NCBI GenBank assembly: GCA_904420535.1
Contig: CAJFVQ010000083.1
Location: 33,537-97,536, forward strand
Length of the DNA: 64,000 nt
Direction of reading: 5' to 3'
Source of the DNA: Candidatus Cryptoclostridium obscurum
GTDB lineage: Bacteria; Bacillota; Dehalobacteriia; UBA7702
Position 1 is the first letter of the stretch, and each line of letters opens with the position of its first letter. The notes beneath the pieces were generated by a model, which had not been told where the DNA came from, made no database searches, and saw nothing but the letters and a program-made list of their open reading frames with translations. Of the stretch, positions 19,698 to 30,197 are shown piece after piece. The position numbers and the translations under genes are program-made.

Positions 19698-21107
19698 ATG
19701 ACAAATGAGACTCATACCTTAAAAAAACATAAGGTAACGACTACGACTGTATTTTTTATGATTTTTTGCATGGTTTGCGCCGGAGCTTACGGAATTGAAG
19801 ATATGATTCCCACTTCCGGACCCGGGTTGACGCTTCTTTTGCTGGTGGCTTTGCCCTTTTTTTGGAGTATCCCCCAAGGGTTGGTTGCCGCAGAATTGGG
19901 TTCTGCCATTCCTGAGGAAGGAGGGTATTACAAATGGATTCAACGGGCGCTTGGTGAGTTTTGGGGGTTCCAAGCCTGCTGGTGGCGGACGATTTCAATT
20001 TATGTGGATTCTACGCTATACGTAATTCTCTCAGTGGGGTATATTTCTTCTATCATTCCGCTTACAGGTTGGCAAACATTGGTATTAAAAATATTTTTTA
20101 TTTTGGCTTTCACCTATATTAATATTCTCGGTCTGCGATCGGTAGGTAGAATCGCTTCTTATTTTTCTATCATTGTGATTGGATCATTTATTGCTCTCAT
20201 TCTTGTAGGAGTAGCAAATTGGCAATATAATCCCGTAACTCCTTTTATCCCGGAAGGTCAAGGACTTTTCGAGAGCATTGGTTTAGGAATTGCGATTTGT
20301 ATGTGGATGTACGCCGGCTATGAATCGATGTCTACTATGGCAGGGGAAGTAGAAAATCCACAAGTGATTCCCAAAGCTACCATTCTTTCGGTGCCTGCAA
20401 TCATGTTGTTATATATTTTTTCCACTGGCGCATGTTTGGCGGCAGTGGGGCATTGGCAATCTTGGGGGGTAGAAGAAGGTATTTCCTTTGGTAGTGTCGC
20501 CCATTTGTTGGGGTATCCGACCTTGGGCTATGTATTTGTCATCACAGCCGTTATCGCAAATCTTTCGATGTATAATACCTATTTGGCGTCTGGTTCTCGC
20601 GGTTTCTTTTGTCTGGCCGACGATCATCTGAGTCCCAGATTCCTCAAAAAGATACATCCGAAACACAAAACCCCTTATGTGGCTGTGATCAGTATGGCGG
20701 TTGTCAATTTACTTCTCTGTCAATTTGGTTTCGATACATTAGTAGTAATTGATGTATTTTTATTGATGTTTGCTTATATTTTAATTTATATTTCAGCCAT
20801 TGTTCTTCGGGTGAAAGAGCCGAATTTAGACCGTCCGTTTCGTATTCCCATGGGAACAAAGGGATTAGTTGTTTTGTGTATTAGTCCGATTATTCTAGCG
20901 GTGGTGGCACTTTTCACCAATGGTCTTGATTATTTTATCGGCGGTTGCATTGGAGCGATTTCCGGCCCCGTTGCTTATGTCATTTGTAAAAAGGCTTATG
21001 GCGGTATCAACGGGAGTAAAACTATTTTATCCCGCGATAAAAAAGCGATATTTATTTTATGCGGTGTTATGATGATTTTTATCGCAGGTGGACTGATCTT
21101 TTTTTAA
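19698..21107 (+). CDS. Amino acid permease, APC superfamily. The start at MTNETH... has RBS AAAGGGG; an in-frame TTG at 19635 is implausible.
   Basis: Twelve predicted TM segments. APC-family glycine-rich regions. Confidence 0.8.
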   Translation: MTNETHTLKKHKVTTTTVFFMIFCMVCAGAYGIEDMIPTSGPGLTLLLLVALPFFWSIPQGLVAAELGSAIPEEGGYYKWIQRALGEFWGFQACWWRTISIYVDSTLYVILSVGYISSIIPLTGWQTLVLKIFFILAFTYINILGLRSVGRIASYFSIIVIGSFIALILVGVANWQYNPVTPFIPEGQGLFESIGLGIAICMWMYAGYESMSTMAGEVENPQVIPKATILSVPAIMLLYIFSTGACLAAVGHWQSWGVEEGISFGSVAHLLGYPTLGYVFVITAVIANLSMYNTYLASGSRGFFCLADDHLSPRFLKKIHPKHKTPYVAVISMAVVNLLLCQFGFDTLVVIDVFLLMFAYILIYISAIVLRVKEPNLDRPFRIPMGTKGLVVLCISPIILAVVALFTNGLDYFIGGCIGAISGPVAYVICKKAYGGINGSKTILSRDKKAIFILCGVMMIFIAGGLIFF

Positions 21108-21125
21108 ATAAATCGAGCAACAGTA

Positions 21126-21156
21126 AGAAACCGCCGGTAAAAGTGGCGGTTTTTTA
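21126..21156 (+). terminator. Rho-independent terminator
   Basis: aaaccgcc / ggtaaaagt / ggcggttttttt. Confidence 0.65.
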
Positions 21157-21279
21157 CTGTTTTGAGAGACTGTTTACCGAATATGAAAAATATCGCGATC
21201 TCCTATGATTCACCACTGATCTAGCAAAAAAATGTAAACTATGGTAAAATAAATCATAATGAAGAGAGGTACGAATCTC

Positions 21280-21918
21280 ATGGGAGAGAAAATCATTTTG
21301 GCAAAGAACGCGGACGCAGAGTTGATTGAAAAAAAATCAAGGTTTATTGGTCATTGCGCCATTGTTCATAATGAAGAAGAAGCACAAGCTTTTATTGATA
21401 CCATTAAAAAACACTATTGGGATGCGACTCACAATGTCTATGCTTATCAAATTGGCAGTCATTGTGAAATTCAGCGGTCAACCGATGATGGCGAACCTTC
21501 CGGAACAGCAGGTCGTCCTGTTCTGGAAGTGATTAAAGGTGAAAATCTTACTGATACGGTGGTAGTTGTGACGCGATATTTTGGTGGCACATTATTGGGA
21601 ACTGGTGGTCTCGTGCGAGCATACAGCAAAGCAGCACACATGGCTATCAAGGCAGCAGGGAAAGCACGTTTTACAGAAGCTTCTATTGTATGTCTTTTTA
21701 TGGACTACGATTTGCTGGGAAAAGTGCAAAACTATCTTTTACGGGAAATGATCGTCATCGATCATATTGAATACCAGAATAACGCAGCTGTCTTTTGTCA
21801 TGTAGAGCAAAACATTGTGAATGATTTTTGCCGCCGTCTCAAAGAAATATTCCCTCATGGGATGAATTATTCCATCCTAGAGGGAACAACTTGGCTTTCT
21901 GTACCACTGGAAAAATGA
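21280..21918 (+). CDS. yigZ: IMPACT / YigZ family protein (UPF0029)
   Basis: Conserved YigZ N-terminal domain (HNVYAYQIG..DDGEPSGTAG..VVTRYFGG). RBS AGAGAGG. Confidence 0.8.
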   Translation: MGEKIILAKNADAELIEKKSRFIGHCAIVHNEEEAQAFIDTIKKHYWDATHNVYAYQIGSHCEIQRSTDDGEPSGTAGRPVLEVIKGENLTDTVVVVTRYFGGTLLGTGGLVRAYSKAAHMAIKAAGKARFTEASIVCLFMDYDLLGKVQNYLLREMIVIDHIEYQNNAAVFCHVEQNIVNDFCRRLKEIFPHGMNYSILEGTTWLSVPLEK

Positions 21919-21925
21919 TTTGCGT

Positions 21926-22243
21926 TTAATGTGAGGTTATATTTAATCCTATGATTCCTACCACAATTAAGCCCAAAAATAATAAACGAAGCAGGGATAT
22001 GGGATCTTTATAAAAGATAATTCCCACGACGACCGCGCCGATCGCTCCAATGCCGGTCCATACGGCATAAGCGGTGCCGATGGGCAATGATTTTACCGCA
22101 GTGGAAATGCAATAAACGCTTAAAGCCATAAGACAGAGGTTAAGAAGGGAAGGCCAAAGCCGCGTAAACCCTTCTGTTAGTTTTAAGGTACTGGCCCAGC
22201 CGACTTCAAACATTCCTGCAATAATTACCAAAAACCACGCCAT
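21926..22243 (-). CDS. sugE: Small multidrug resistance (SMR) family transporter, SugE/Gdx-like
   Basis: 105 aa, four TM helices, conserved membrane-embedded Glu (FEVGWA). Confidence 0.8.
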   Translation of the reverse strand: MAWFLVIIAGMFEVGWASTLKLTEGFTRLWPSLLNLCLMALSVYCISTAVKSLPIGTAYAVWTGIGAIGAVVVGIIFYKDPISLLRLLFLGLIVVGIIGLNITSH

Positions 22244-22348
22244 GCTCTTTCCCTCCTGTGTGATAGTCTTTCTACGTTAATTATAAACTTTTTAGTTGAA
22301 AAAGCAACAATTTTTGCAAAATTTTCGTTATAGAGAGTATTACTTCTT

Positions 22349-22377
22349 TTGCAAAATTTATAGAAAAATGATATAAT
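22349..22377 (+). promoter_or_regulatory. Predicted sigma-70 promoter for miaB
   Basis: TTGCAA, 17 nt spacer, then extended -10 TGaTATAAT. The -35 lies inside the palindrome TTTTGCAAAA. Confidence 0.45.
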
Positions 22378-22498
22378 ATTTTATTAAAGATCATTAATAC
22401 AGATCATTAATATTGAAAGGTAATGAAAGAGTTTTATTCTTCTGGATGGGTGTATTTTCCGAAAAATACGTATGTTAAATAATTTAAAGTGAGGATCC

Positions 22499-23812
22499 AT
22501 GTATTATTATATTAGAACATTTGGCTGTCAAATGAATCAACATGATTCTCAGTTTGCTGCCGCATTATTGGAAAAATCCGGCTACGAACCTACAGCAAAT
22601 CTCGATGAGGCCGACATTGTGTTGGTAAACACTTGTTCTGTACGGGAAAGCGCAGAAAAAAAAATCTTTGGATTTATCGACAGTTTGATTCTTAGAAAAC
22701 GGATCAAACCTTCTTTGCGAGTGGTCATTATCGGTTGTATGGTATCAGCAGAGGAAGCAGTCGATAACCTTTTGAAAAAAAGGAAGCATATTGATATTGT
22801 ATTGGGAACTCGAAGCATTCATCGTCTTCCGCATTATTTAGAATTATTGGAATCTGAATCGGGCCCTTTTGTGGAAATCGATTTAGACCATGAAGTTGTC
22901 GAAGGTAGAATCCATAAAAGGGAAGATTTTTATCGCGCTTTTCTTACGATTATGTATGGATGTGATAATTTTTGTTCTTACTGCATTGTTCCCTACGTGC
23001 GGGGGCGTGAGACAAGTCGTTCCATGAATGATATTTTGGCGGAAGCTCGTTCTTTAGTAGCAGATGGGGTGAAAGAAATTACGCTGCTTGGACAAAATGT
23101 CAATTCCTATGGGAAAGGCCTTTCTGAAGAAGAAAATTTTGCGAATCTACTTTTGGCAATGGAAAAAATTGACGGTTTGGAGCGGATTCGTTATATGACG
23201 TCCCATCCGAAAGACTTCAGCGAAGAAATCATCGATGCCATCGCTTCTTCATCCAAAATATGCCGCCACTTCCATCTACCGTTCCAAGCCGGTTCCGACC
23301 GCATATTAAAGGCCATGAACCGCCATTATAATAGAGAGAAATATCGTGATCTGATTCTGAATATTAAAAATCACTTTCCTGATGCCGTTTTGACTACTGA
23401 TATTATCGTTGGCTTTCCCGGAGAATCAGAGGAGGATTTTTGCGAAACCTTGTCACTGTTAAAAGAACTGGAATTCGATTTGGCTTATACTTTTTTATAC
23501 TCACCGCGCCGCGGAACGCCGGCGGCCGAGAGCGATTCCCAAGTCCCTCAAAGCGTCAAAAAGGAGCGTTTGCTTCGATTAATGGATGTTCAGAATGGGA
23601 TCAGCCTGAAGAAAAACAAGGCGATGGTGGGAAAGACTTATATGCTATTGGGCGAAGGCCCCAGCCGTACCGACCCAAAGGTACAAAGCGGCCGTACCGA
23701 TGGAAATAAATTGGTTCATTTTGAAGCCAAAGAAGACTATACGGGCAAACTGGTTCCCGTTACGGTCACAAGCGCTAATACCTGGTCCATGCGGGGCCAG
23801 CTGTTGAAATAA
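22499..23812 (+). CDS. miaB: tRNA-i6A37 methylthiotransferase (radical SAM)
   Basis: MTTase N-terminal Cys triad. Radical SAM CxxxCxxC (CDNFCSYC). C-terminal TRAM domain. Confidence 0.9.
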   Translation: MYYYIRTFGCQMNQHDSQFAAALLEKSGYEPTANLDEADIVLVNTCSVRESAEKKIFGFIDSLILRKRIKPSLRVVIIGCMVSAEEAVDNLLKKRKHIDIVLGTRSIHRLPHYLELLESESGPFVEIDLDHEVVEGRIHKREDFYRAFLTIMYGCDNFCSYCIVPYVRGRETSRSMNDILAEARSLVADGVKEITLLGQNVNSYGKGLSEEENFANLLLAMEKIDGLERIRYMTSHPKDFSEEIIDAIASSSKICRHFHLPFQAGSDRILKAMNRHYNREKYRDLILNIKNHFPDAVLTTDIIVGFPGESEEDFCETLSLLKELEFDLAYTFLYSPRRGTPAAESDSQVPQSVKKERLLRLMDVQNGISLKKNKAMVGKTYMLLGEGPSRTDPKVQSGRTDGNKLVHFEAKEDYTGKLVPVTVTSANTWSMRGQLLK

Positions 23813-23829
23813 AGGAGGATATCATCAAT

Positions 23830-24213
23830 ATGTCTAATGTGTTGGAAAAAGCCGCCGAATTGGCGGAAGCTTTGGAAGTATGTGAGGAAATGAAAAACAT
23901 GAAGGATAAAGAAGCTGCTATTAAGCAGGATCCTGAAGCGTCTACAATTTTAAATTCTTATTTTCAGATGCAAAATGAACTTTATCAACTTCAAGAAATG
24001 GGGAAAGAGCCCGAAGCGGAACTGGTTGCACAGTTTAATGAAGTACAAAACAAAATGGAAACCAACATCCATATTGCAGAGTTCTATAAATGCCAGGAAG
24101 AACTGGGAAAACTTTTGCAAAAAATCAACGGCCTCATCAGCAAAGCCATCACCGGGGAAGATCCCACAGAATGTGCTCCCAGCGATTGTGCCAGCTGCGT
24201 TGGCTGCCACTAA
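23830..24213 (+). CDS. ymcA: YmcA/YlbF-family protein (UPF0342)
   Basis: About 127 aa helical protein with a C-terminal Cys cluster. Sits in the conserved miaB-ymcA-mutS position. Confidence 0.65.
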   Translation: MSNVLEKAAELAEALEVCEEMKNMKDKEAAIKQDPEASTILNSYFQMQNELYQLQEMGKEPEAELVAQFNEVQNKMETNIHIAEFYKCQEELGKLLQKINGLISKAITGEDPTECAPSDCASCVGCH

Positions 24214-24257
24214 TGATTTTATGAAAGAACTGTAGAAAGGTTTACAGAGGAAAGAAT

Positions 24258-26867
24258 ATGTCCAAAGCCACTCCTATGATGCGACAATACCGAGAAGCCA
24301 AGGCCGCCCATCCGGAAGCGATTTTATTTTTCCGGATGGGAGACTTCTATGAAATGTTCGGTGATGATGCTGTTTTGGCTTCCCGAGAATTGGATATCAC
24401 TTTAACGGCCCGCAGTGCCGGAGAAGAGGGAAAAGTTCCTATGTGCGGTGTTCCGTATCATGCTGTGGAAAACTACATTGCCCGTTTAATTGACAAAGGA
24501 TATCGGGTTGCCATTTGTGAACAAATGGAGGATCCCAAAACTGTGAAGGGTTTGGTAAAAAGGGATATTATTCGCATTATCAGCCCCGGTACCGTTGTGG
24601 AAAATTCATTGTTGCCGGAGGGAAACCATAATTATTTGGCAGCGCTTTTTAGCCGCAAAGGCGATTGGGGCTTCTGTTATACTGATATTTCTACCGGAGA
24701 GTTTAAAGCGACAGAATTTACCACTGAAAATGGTGAGGAAAAAGACCGTATTTTTGATGAAATTTTTCGTGTGCAACCCAAGGAAATTCTCATTCCCCAA
24801 AAGCTTTATGATAGCGAAAGCTTTCGCTTTCGTCTGAAGAAAGTATTCCAAGGACTTGTTTCTCCCTTGCCTGACAGTGATTTTCGTTACACCAGTGCAG
24901 AAGCCGTTCTTATGGAACAATTTCAACTGGAAACCATTGATTCTTTATTTTTGCCGGAACTCTCTGTGATCGTTGCAGGGGCAACCATTACCTTTTTAAA
25001 TCGAACCCAAAAACGTTATTTGAGTTATCTCAGTAAGATTGATTATTACAGCGGCAACACCTTTATGGTATTGGACCAGGCGACCCGTCGCAATTTAGAA
25101 TTAACCTCCACAATTTTGACAAATCAGAAGAAAGGCTCTCTTCTTTGGGTGATTGATAAAACCACCAGTATTATGGGAAAGCGTCTCATGCGAGAATGGC
25201 TTGATAATCCTTTGCTAGATTTAAATCAGATTCTTTTGCGTCAAGAAGCGGTAAAGGAACTTTTTTGTCACCCGGAAACAGTGGCGGAACTGGGAGAGTT
25301 TCTTAGTAAAATTCAAGATATGGAACGCCTTTCCAGCCGGATTGCCTATGGTAGCGGAACTCCCAGAGATATTGCATCGCTAAAAAATTCCATTGCCGAC
25401 TTGCCATCTTTACGGAAAATTCTATTCACGATGAAAAGTACGGTATTCCGTGATATGACGGAACGGTTTGACGACCTTTCCGATCTTTTCCATACCATCG
25501 ACGAGGCGATCAATGACGACCCGCCGATTTCTCCCAAAGAAGGGGGAATCGTCAAAGAGGGGTTCGACGATACCATCGACGAATACCGGCACATCGCCAA
25601 AGGCGGTAAGCAGATGATTTTGGACATTGAAGCAAAAGAGCGGGAGGCTACAGGAATTAAGTCCCTCAAGGTTGGCTATAACCGCGTCTTTGGCTATTAT
25701 ATAGAAGTATCCAATGCTAATAAATCCATGGTGCCGGATCGTTACATTCGAAAACAAACCTTAACCAATGGGGAACGATATTTCACACCGGAGCTAAAAG
25801 AGTATGAGGATAAAGTTCTTGGCGCCACAGATAAACTTTACCAAATGGAGTACGATGTTTTTTGTAGAATCCGCGATTTTATTACCAGAAATACATCTAG
25901 AATTCAGTTGACGGCATCGTTTATTGCCGTGGTCGATGTGCTTCGCGCCTTGGCAGTTGTCGCTGTGGAGAATCGTTACTGCTGTCCAGAATTGGATCAA
26001 AGCGGTGTAATCGAAATCAAAAATGGACGCCATCCCATGGTGGAGAAAGTTAATGAAGAGGTATTTATTGCCAATGATACTTTGTTGAATCAGACAGATC
26101 ATCGTATCATGGTGATTACCGGCCCCAACATGGCAGGGAAATCGACTTATATGCGTCAAACAGCCTTAATTATTTTATTGGCGCAGATTGGATCTTTCGT
26201 ACCTGCCGACAGCGCGCATCTTGGGATTGTAGACCGTATCTTTACCAGAATCGGCGCCTCCGATGATCTGGTCGGCGGCAACAGCACTTTTATGGTAGAG
26301 ATGAAAGAAACTGCGGAAATATTAAAACATGCCACAGAAAACAGTTTTATTATTTTAGATGAAATTGGTCGCGGTACCAGTACCTTTGACGGGTTGGCCC
26401 TTGCCTGGGCTTGTATTGAATATTTATCTGATGCTACCCATGGTCCCAAAACCTTATTTGCCACTCATTATCATGAATTGACCGAACTGGAAAATGAGAA
26501 AACAAATTTGAAAAATTATGCCATCACCGTTCAGGAGCGCAATGGCGATTTGATTTTCCTTCGCAAAATTATGCCTGGAAAAGCCGATAAAAGCTATGGC
26601 ATTCAGGTAGCAAAGCTTGCGGGAATGCCAATTTCCATCATCAATCAGGCAAAACGAATCCTTAAGATGTTGGAAAAGCATCAGATTCATATCGATCCAA
26701 AGGCTCCTCATGAAGAGGAGTATACTCTTTTTAAAGAATTAACGCCGGAAAAAGAAGAAGTGTTAAACGCGATCTGTTCCTTGAATTTGGATGAATTAAA
26801 GCCGGTTCAGGCTCTATCCTTATTGGCGGAATGGCAAGATTATTTAGGGAAAGCCGATGAAGCATAA
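24258..26867 (+). CDS. mutS: DNA mismatch repair protein MutS
   Basis: Mismatch-binding N-terminus (GDFYE.F). Walker A GPNMAGKST. 869 aa. Confidence 0.95.
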   Translation: MSKATPMMRQYREAKAAHPEAILFFRMGDFYEMFGDDAVLASRELDITLTARSAGEEGKVPMCGVPYHAVENYIARLIDKGYRVAICEQMEDPKTVKGLVKRDIIRIISPGTVVENSLLPEGNHNYLAALFSRKGDWGFCYTDISTGEFKATEFTTENGEEKDRIFDEIFRVQPKEILIPQKLYDSESFRFRLKKVFQGLVSPLPDSDFRYTSAEAVLMEQFQLETIDSLFLPELSVIVAGATITFLNRTQKRYLSYLSKIDYYSGNTFMVLDQATRRNLELTSTILTNQKKGSLLWVIDKTTSIMGKRLMREWLDNPLLDLNQILLRQEAVKELFCHPETVAELGEFLSKIQDMERLSSRIAYGSGTPRDIASLKNSIADLPSLRKILFTMKSTVFRDMTERFDDLSDLFHTIDEAINDDPPISPKEGGIVKEGFDDTIDEYRHIAKGGKQMILDIEAKEREATGIKSLKVGYNRVFGYYIEVSNANKSMVPDRYIRKQTLTNGERYFTPELKEYEDKVLGATDKLYQMEYDVFCRIRDFITRNTSRIQLTASFIAVVDVLRALAVVAVENRYCCPELDQSGVIEIKNGRHPMVEKVNEEVFIANDTLLNQTDHRIMVITGPNMAGKSTYMRQTALIILLAQIGSFVPADSAHLGIVDRIFTRIGASDDLVGGNSTFMVEMKETAEILKHATENSFIILDEIGRGTSTFDGLALAWACIEYLSDATHGPKTLFATHYHELTELENEKTNLKNYAITVQERNGDLIFLRKIMPGKADKSYGIQVAKLAGMPISIINQAKRILKMLEKHQIHIDPKAPHEEEYTLFKELTPEKEEVLNAICSLNLDELKPVQALSLLAEWQDYLGKADEA

Positions 26868-28923
26868 AATTCAAATTTTAGATAAGAATATTGCCAATCA
26901 GATTGCCGCCGGTGAAGTTGCGGAACGGCCAACGTTGATTTTAAAAGAATTGATAGAAAATTCCCTTGATGCCGGTGCAACTTCTATTCGAGTTTTACTA
27001 AAAGACAGTGGCTTTACGCAAATGCGTGTGATTGATAACGGTGAGGGAATTCCCAAAAACCAAATTCATACGGCGTTTTTGCGCCACGCTACTAGTAAAC
27101 TGCAGACGATGGCAGACTTGGAATCACTGTATACCATGGGATTCCGCGGCGAGGCATTGGCTTCCATTGCAGCAGTGGCCAAAGTCAAAATAACTACCAA
27201 AACAGCAGGGCAGGACAGCGGCTTTTCGTCGGAAATCAGCGATGGAAGTTTTGGTGAATTGGTGCCTGCGCCCTGCAATGACGGTACCGAAATCACTGTA
27301 GATGACTTATTTTATAATACCCCGGCAAGAAAAAAGTTTTTAGCGACGCCAACCCGGGAATTGCGGGATATCAGCGATCTTACAGGAAAAATCATGATTG
27401 CCAATCCGGATGTTGCCTTTGAATTAAGCAATAATGGAAAAACGATTTTCCGCAGTAACGGCAACGGTAAAATGAAGGATGCGATCTTATCAGTTTACGG
27501 CCGTGAGCTTGTAAAAAACCTCATTTCTTTGGAAGATGATTTATTTCATGGTTATATCTGTCATCCCGGCTATCATAAACCCAACCGCAGTTATTATCAT
27601 TTTTATATCAATCACCGTTATATTCAAAATGACACTCTTAACCGCACCTTGGAAGAGGCTTACCGCACACTGATGCCGGAACGCCGCTTCCCTGTGGCTT
27701 TCATTGATATTGCCGCCAATCCTGCCGATTATGATATTAATGTGCATCCCAATAAATTGGAAGTTAAATTTCATCACGGCAGTGTGATTCCTCAAAGACT
27801 TTATGACGAGCTGAAACGCGTTTTATCGGGAGCGGAGCGATTCTATGATATGGCAGCAGATACCAAAGGTTATTTTGCTGCCCCGGAAAGCGTTGAAGAT
27901 GATTCCGGAAACAAAGTTCCCGTGATTCATCAAGAAAAACCGGATAAGTTTGCCGATGGTCGCAATAAAATGGGCTTTAGCGATTTAAAATCGGTCCCTG
28001 CAGAGCAACAGATCCTGACTGCATCGGAGCAGAATTCTCCCCCTGTCTCAGCAAAGCAAGAGGATCAAACCTCCGATTCATTGAAAAAAATGCCTTTACA
28101 ATCAAAACTCAGCTCTGATTTTAAAAAGATTTCCGATACTGTAGATATGTCTTTACTCCACCTTATGGATAAAGATGAACGCGGTCAAAGTGAAATCAGT
28201 GAAGACGAGACAGATTCGCCGCCGGAAATAACTGCAGAACAGTTGCTTTCTGTTGATCTGTTCCGCAGCCCTGAGGAGTTGGCGCTTCGTGAACAATTTG
28301 ACGCCTTTGAAAAATCTCAAAAACTGAACCTTGATGAATCTTTTTATTCTTCTTTAGAAGTTTTAGGTCAACTTGCCGCTTCCTTTATTATAGCTGCCGG
28401 TAGTGATGCTCTCTATATCATTGACCAGCACGCGGCTCATGAGCGACTGTTGTACAATAAAATTCGCAAAGTTGTTTCCAGGGAAAGTAACGATACACAA
28501 CCGCTCCTCGTTCCATTGGAAATCAATGTAAATTATAAACAGTTTAGCTGGATGATTGAAAATATTATTGCCATCCGTGATCTTGGGTTTGTGTTGGAAG
28601 AATTTGGAGATCAATGTTTCATCCTTCGTGAAGTGCCCATCTGGGCGAAGGATATTGATCATGTAGCCTTTCTTTTGGAATTAGCCGATGGACTGATTGA
28701 GGAAGGAAGCCCTTTAACGGTGGAAAATATTAAAGATTCTCGTATTATGACAAGAGCATGTAAAAGTGCGATTAAAGCAAATCGTTATTTAACGAGAAGT
28801 GATATTCACTTTTTATTCAGTGAATTGGACATGGCTGAAGATGCCTTTACGTGCCCGCACGGGCGGCCGATTACGATCAAATACAGTGTAGCGGAAATCC
28901 GCAGGAAGTTTTTACGAACTTAA
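26857..28923 (+). CDS. mutL: DNA mismatch repair protein MutL
   Basis: GHKL ATPase N-terminus (IAAGEV..LIENSLDA). C-terminal dimerisation/endonuclease domain. Overlaps the mutS stop. Confidence 0.9.
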   Translation: MKHKIQILDKNIANQIAAGEVAERPTLILKELIENSLDAGATSIRVLLKDSGFTQMRVIDNGEGIPKNQIHTAFLRHATSKLQTMADLESLYTMGFRGEALASIAAVAKVKITTKTAGQDSGFSSEISDGSFGELVPAPCNDGTEITVDDLFYNTPARKKFLATPTRELRDISDLTGKIMIANPDVAFELSNNGKTIFRSNGNGKMKDAILSVYGRELVKNLISLEDDLFHGYICHPGYHKPNRSYYHFYINHRYIQNDTLNRTLEEAYRTLMPERRFPVAFIDIAANPADYDINVHPNKLEVKFHHGSVIPQRLYDELKRVLSGAERFYDMAADTKGYFAAPESVEDDSGNKVPVIHQEKPDKFADGRNKMGFSDLKSVPAEQQILTASEQNSPPVSAKQEDQTSDSLKKMPLQSKLSSDFKKISDTVDMSLLHLMDKDERGQSEISEDETDSPPEITAEQLLSVDLFRSPEELALREQFDAFEKSQKLNLDESFYSSLEVLGQLAASFIIAAGSDALYIIDQHAAHERLLYNKIRKVVSRESNDTQPLLVPLEINVNYKQFSWMIENIIAIRDLGFVLEEFGDQCFILREVPIWAKDIDHVAFLLELADGLIEEGSPLTVENIKDSRIMTRACKSAIKANRYLTRSDIHFLFSELDMAEDAFTCPHGRPITIKYSVAEIRRKFLRT

Positions 28924-29871
28924 ATGAATGGACAAAAAAAACAAAAATTGATTGCCATTGTAGGGCCAACAGCTTCGGGAAAGAGCAGTGTTGCCATTGC
29001 TTTGGCAAAAAAAATCAATGGAGAAATTGTCTCTGCCGACTCTGCACAAGTTTATCGCGGATTAGATATCGGCACGGCAAAAGTAACTGAGGAAGAAGCC
29101 CAAGGGATCCCGCATCACTTGATTGATATCGTGGGTCCTGAAACAGATTATAATATCGGTCTGTTCCAATCCGATGCCAAAGCCGCCATTGACGATATTG
29201 CATCACGGAAAAAGATCCCCATACTTTGCGGTGGCAGCGGGCTCTATGTCAATTCCTTGATTAATTCCAGTTACCATTTGGGAAGAGCAAATGCAAATCC
29301 TTCCCAACGAAGAAAATGGTTAGAAAAGGAAAAGGCGGAAGGGGAAGGAACCCTTCATCGGATACTCACAGAACGTTTCCCCCATAGGGCCGCAAAGATT
29401 CACCCTCATGATTATCAACGTATTTTGCGCGCTTTGGAAATGGATCGAGATTTGCCGCAAGATGACCAATATGACCTTTGGGAAAGTCCCTATGATCTTT
29501 CCATATGGGGTTTGACTATGGAACGATCTCTGCTTTATCGGCAGATTGAGGCGAGAGTTGATTTGATGTTTCAAGCAGGCTTGGTGAAAGAGGTTCGGCA
29601 AGCATTGGCAATGGGATATCGCCCCGGCGGTAATGCACTGAACGCCTTAGGGTACAAAGAGGTATTGCCGATCCTCGACGGTATTTATGATGAAGACACT
29701 GCATGCAAATTATTAAAGAAAAATACGCGTCATTTCGCCAAACGCCAACTCACTTGGTTTCGAAGGGATCCACGGATTCATTGGATCTCTATGGAAGGTT
29801 TTCCTGAAAACACAGCAGATCAAGCTGCAGAATATATTTTCACGAATCTATCTTGGTTTGGCAGGATTTGA
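28924..29871 (+). CDS. miaA: tRNA dimethylallyltransferase
   Basis: P-loop GPTASGKS. About 315 aa. Conserved mutL-miaA-hfq order. Confidence 0.9.
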   Translation: MNGQKKQKLIAIVGPTASGKSSVAIALAKKINGEIVSADSAQVYRGLDIGTAKVTEEEAQGIPHHLIDIVGPETDYNIGLFQSDAKAAIDDIASRKKIPILCGGSGLYVNSLINSSYHLGRANANPSQRRKWLEKEKAEGEGTLHRILTERFPHRAAKIHPHDYQRILRALEMDRDLPQDDQYDLWESPYDLSIWGLTMERSLLYRQIEARVDLMFQAGLVKEVRQALAMGYRPGGNALNALGYKEVLPILDGIYDEDTACKLLKKNTRHFAKRQLTWFRRDPRIHWISMEGFPENTADQAAEYIFTNLSWFGRI

Positions 29872-29933
29872 CTGACTTTTAGAGAATTATATATACATCG
29901 TTTATTTTTGTTTATGTTGGAGGTACCCTCACT

Positions 29934-30170
29934 ATGGCCAAAAGTGTAAATTTACAAGACTATTTTTTAAACCAGGTACGCAAAGAAGGAATTTCCGTTG
30001 TTATTTATTTAGTCAATGGATTTCAGACAAAGGGGCACGTAAAAGGCTTTGACAATTTTACAGTAGTCCTTGATTCCGACGGTAAACAGAACCTCATCTA
30101 TAAACACGCCATTTCTACGATTATGCCGGCGAGACCCATTAACTTTAATGTGGAAAAACAAGAAGACTGA
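29934..30170 (+). CDS. hfq: RNA chaperone Hfq
   Basis: Sm motifs ([32 protein letters not shown]). 78 aa. Confidence 0.9.
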   Translation: MAKSVNLQDYFLNQVRKEGISVVIYLVNGFQTKGHVKGFDNFTVVLDSDGKQNLIYKHAISTIMPARPINFNVEKQED

Positions 30171-30197
30171 TGATTAAGGGAAAAACCTTTAATTATG

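Noticed and set aside
22244-22330. Guanidine riboswitch (ykkC / mini-ykkC / ykkC-III) upstream of the SMR (sugE/gdx-like) gene
   Set aside because: The leader is only about 40-50 nt. It has no GC-rich hairpins with ACGR loops and no GGGA...ACGR conserved blocks. This is seen directly in the sequence.
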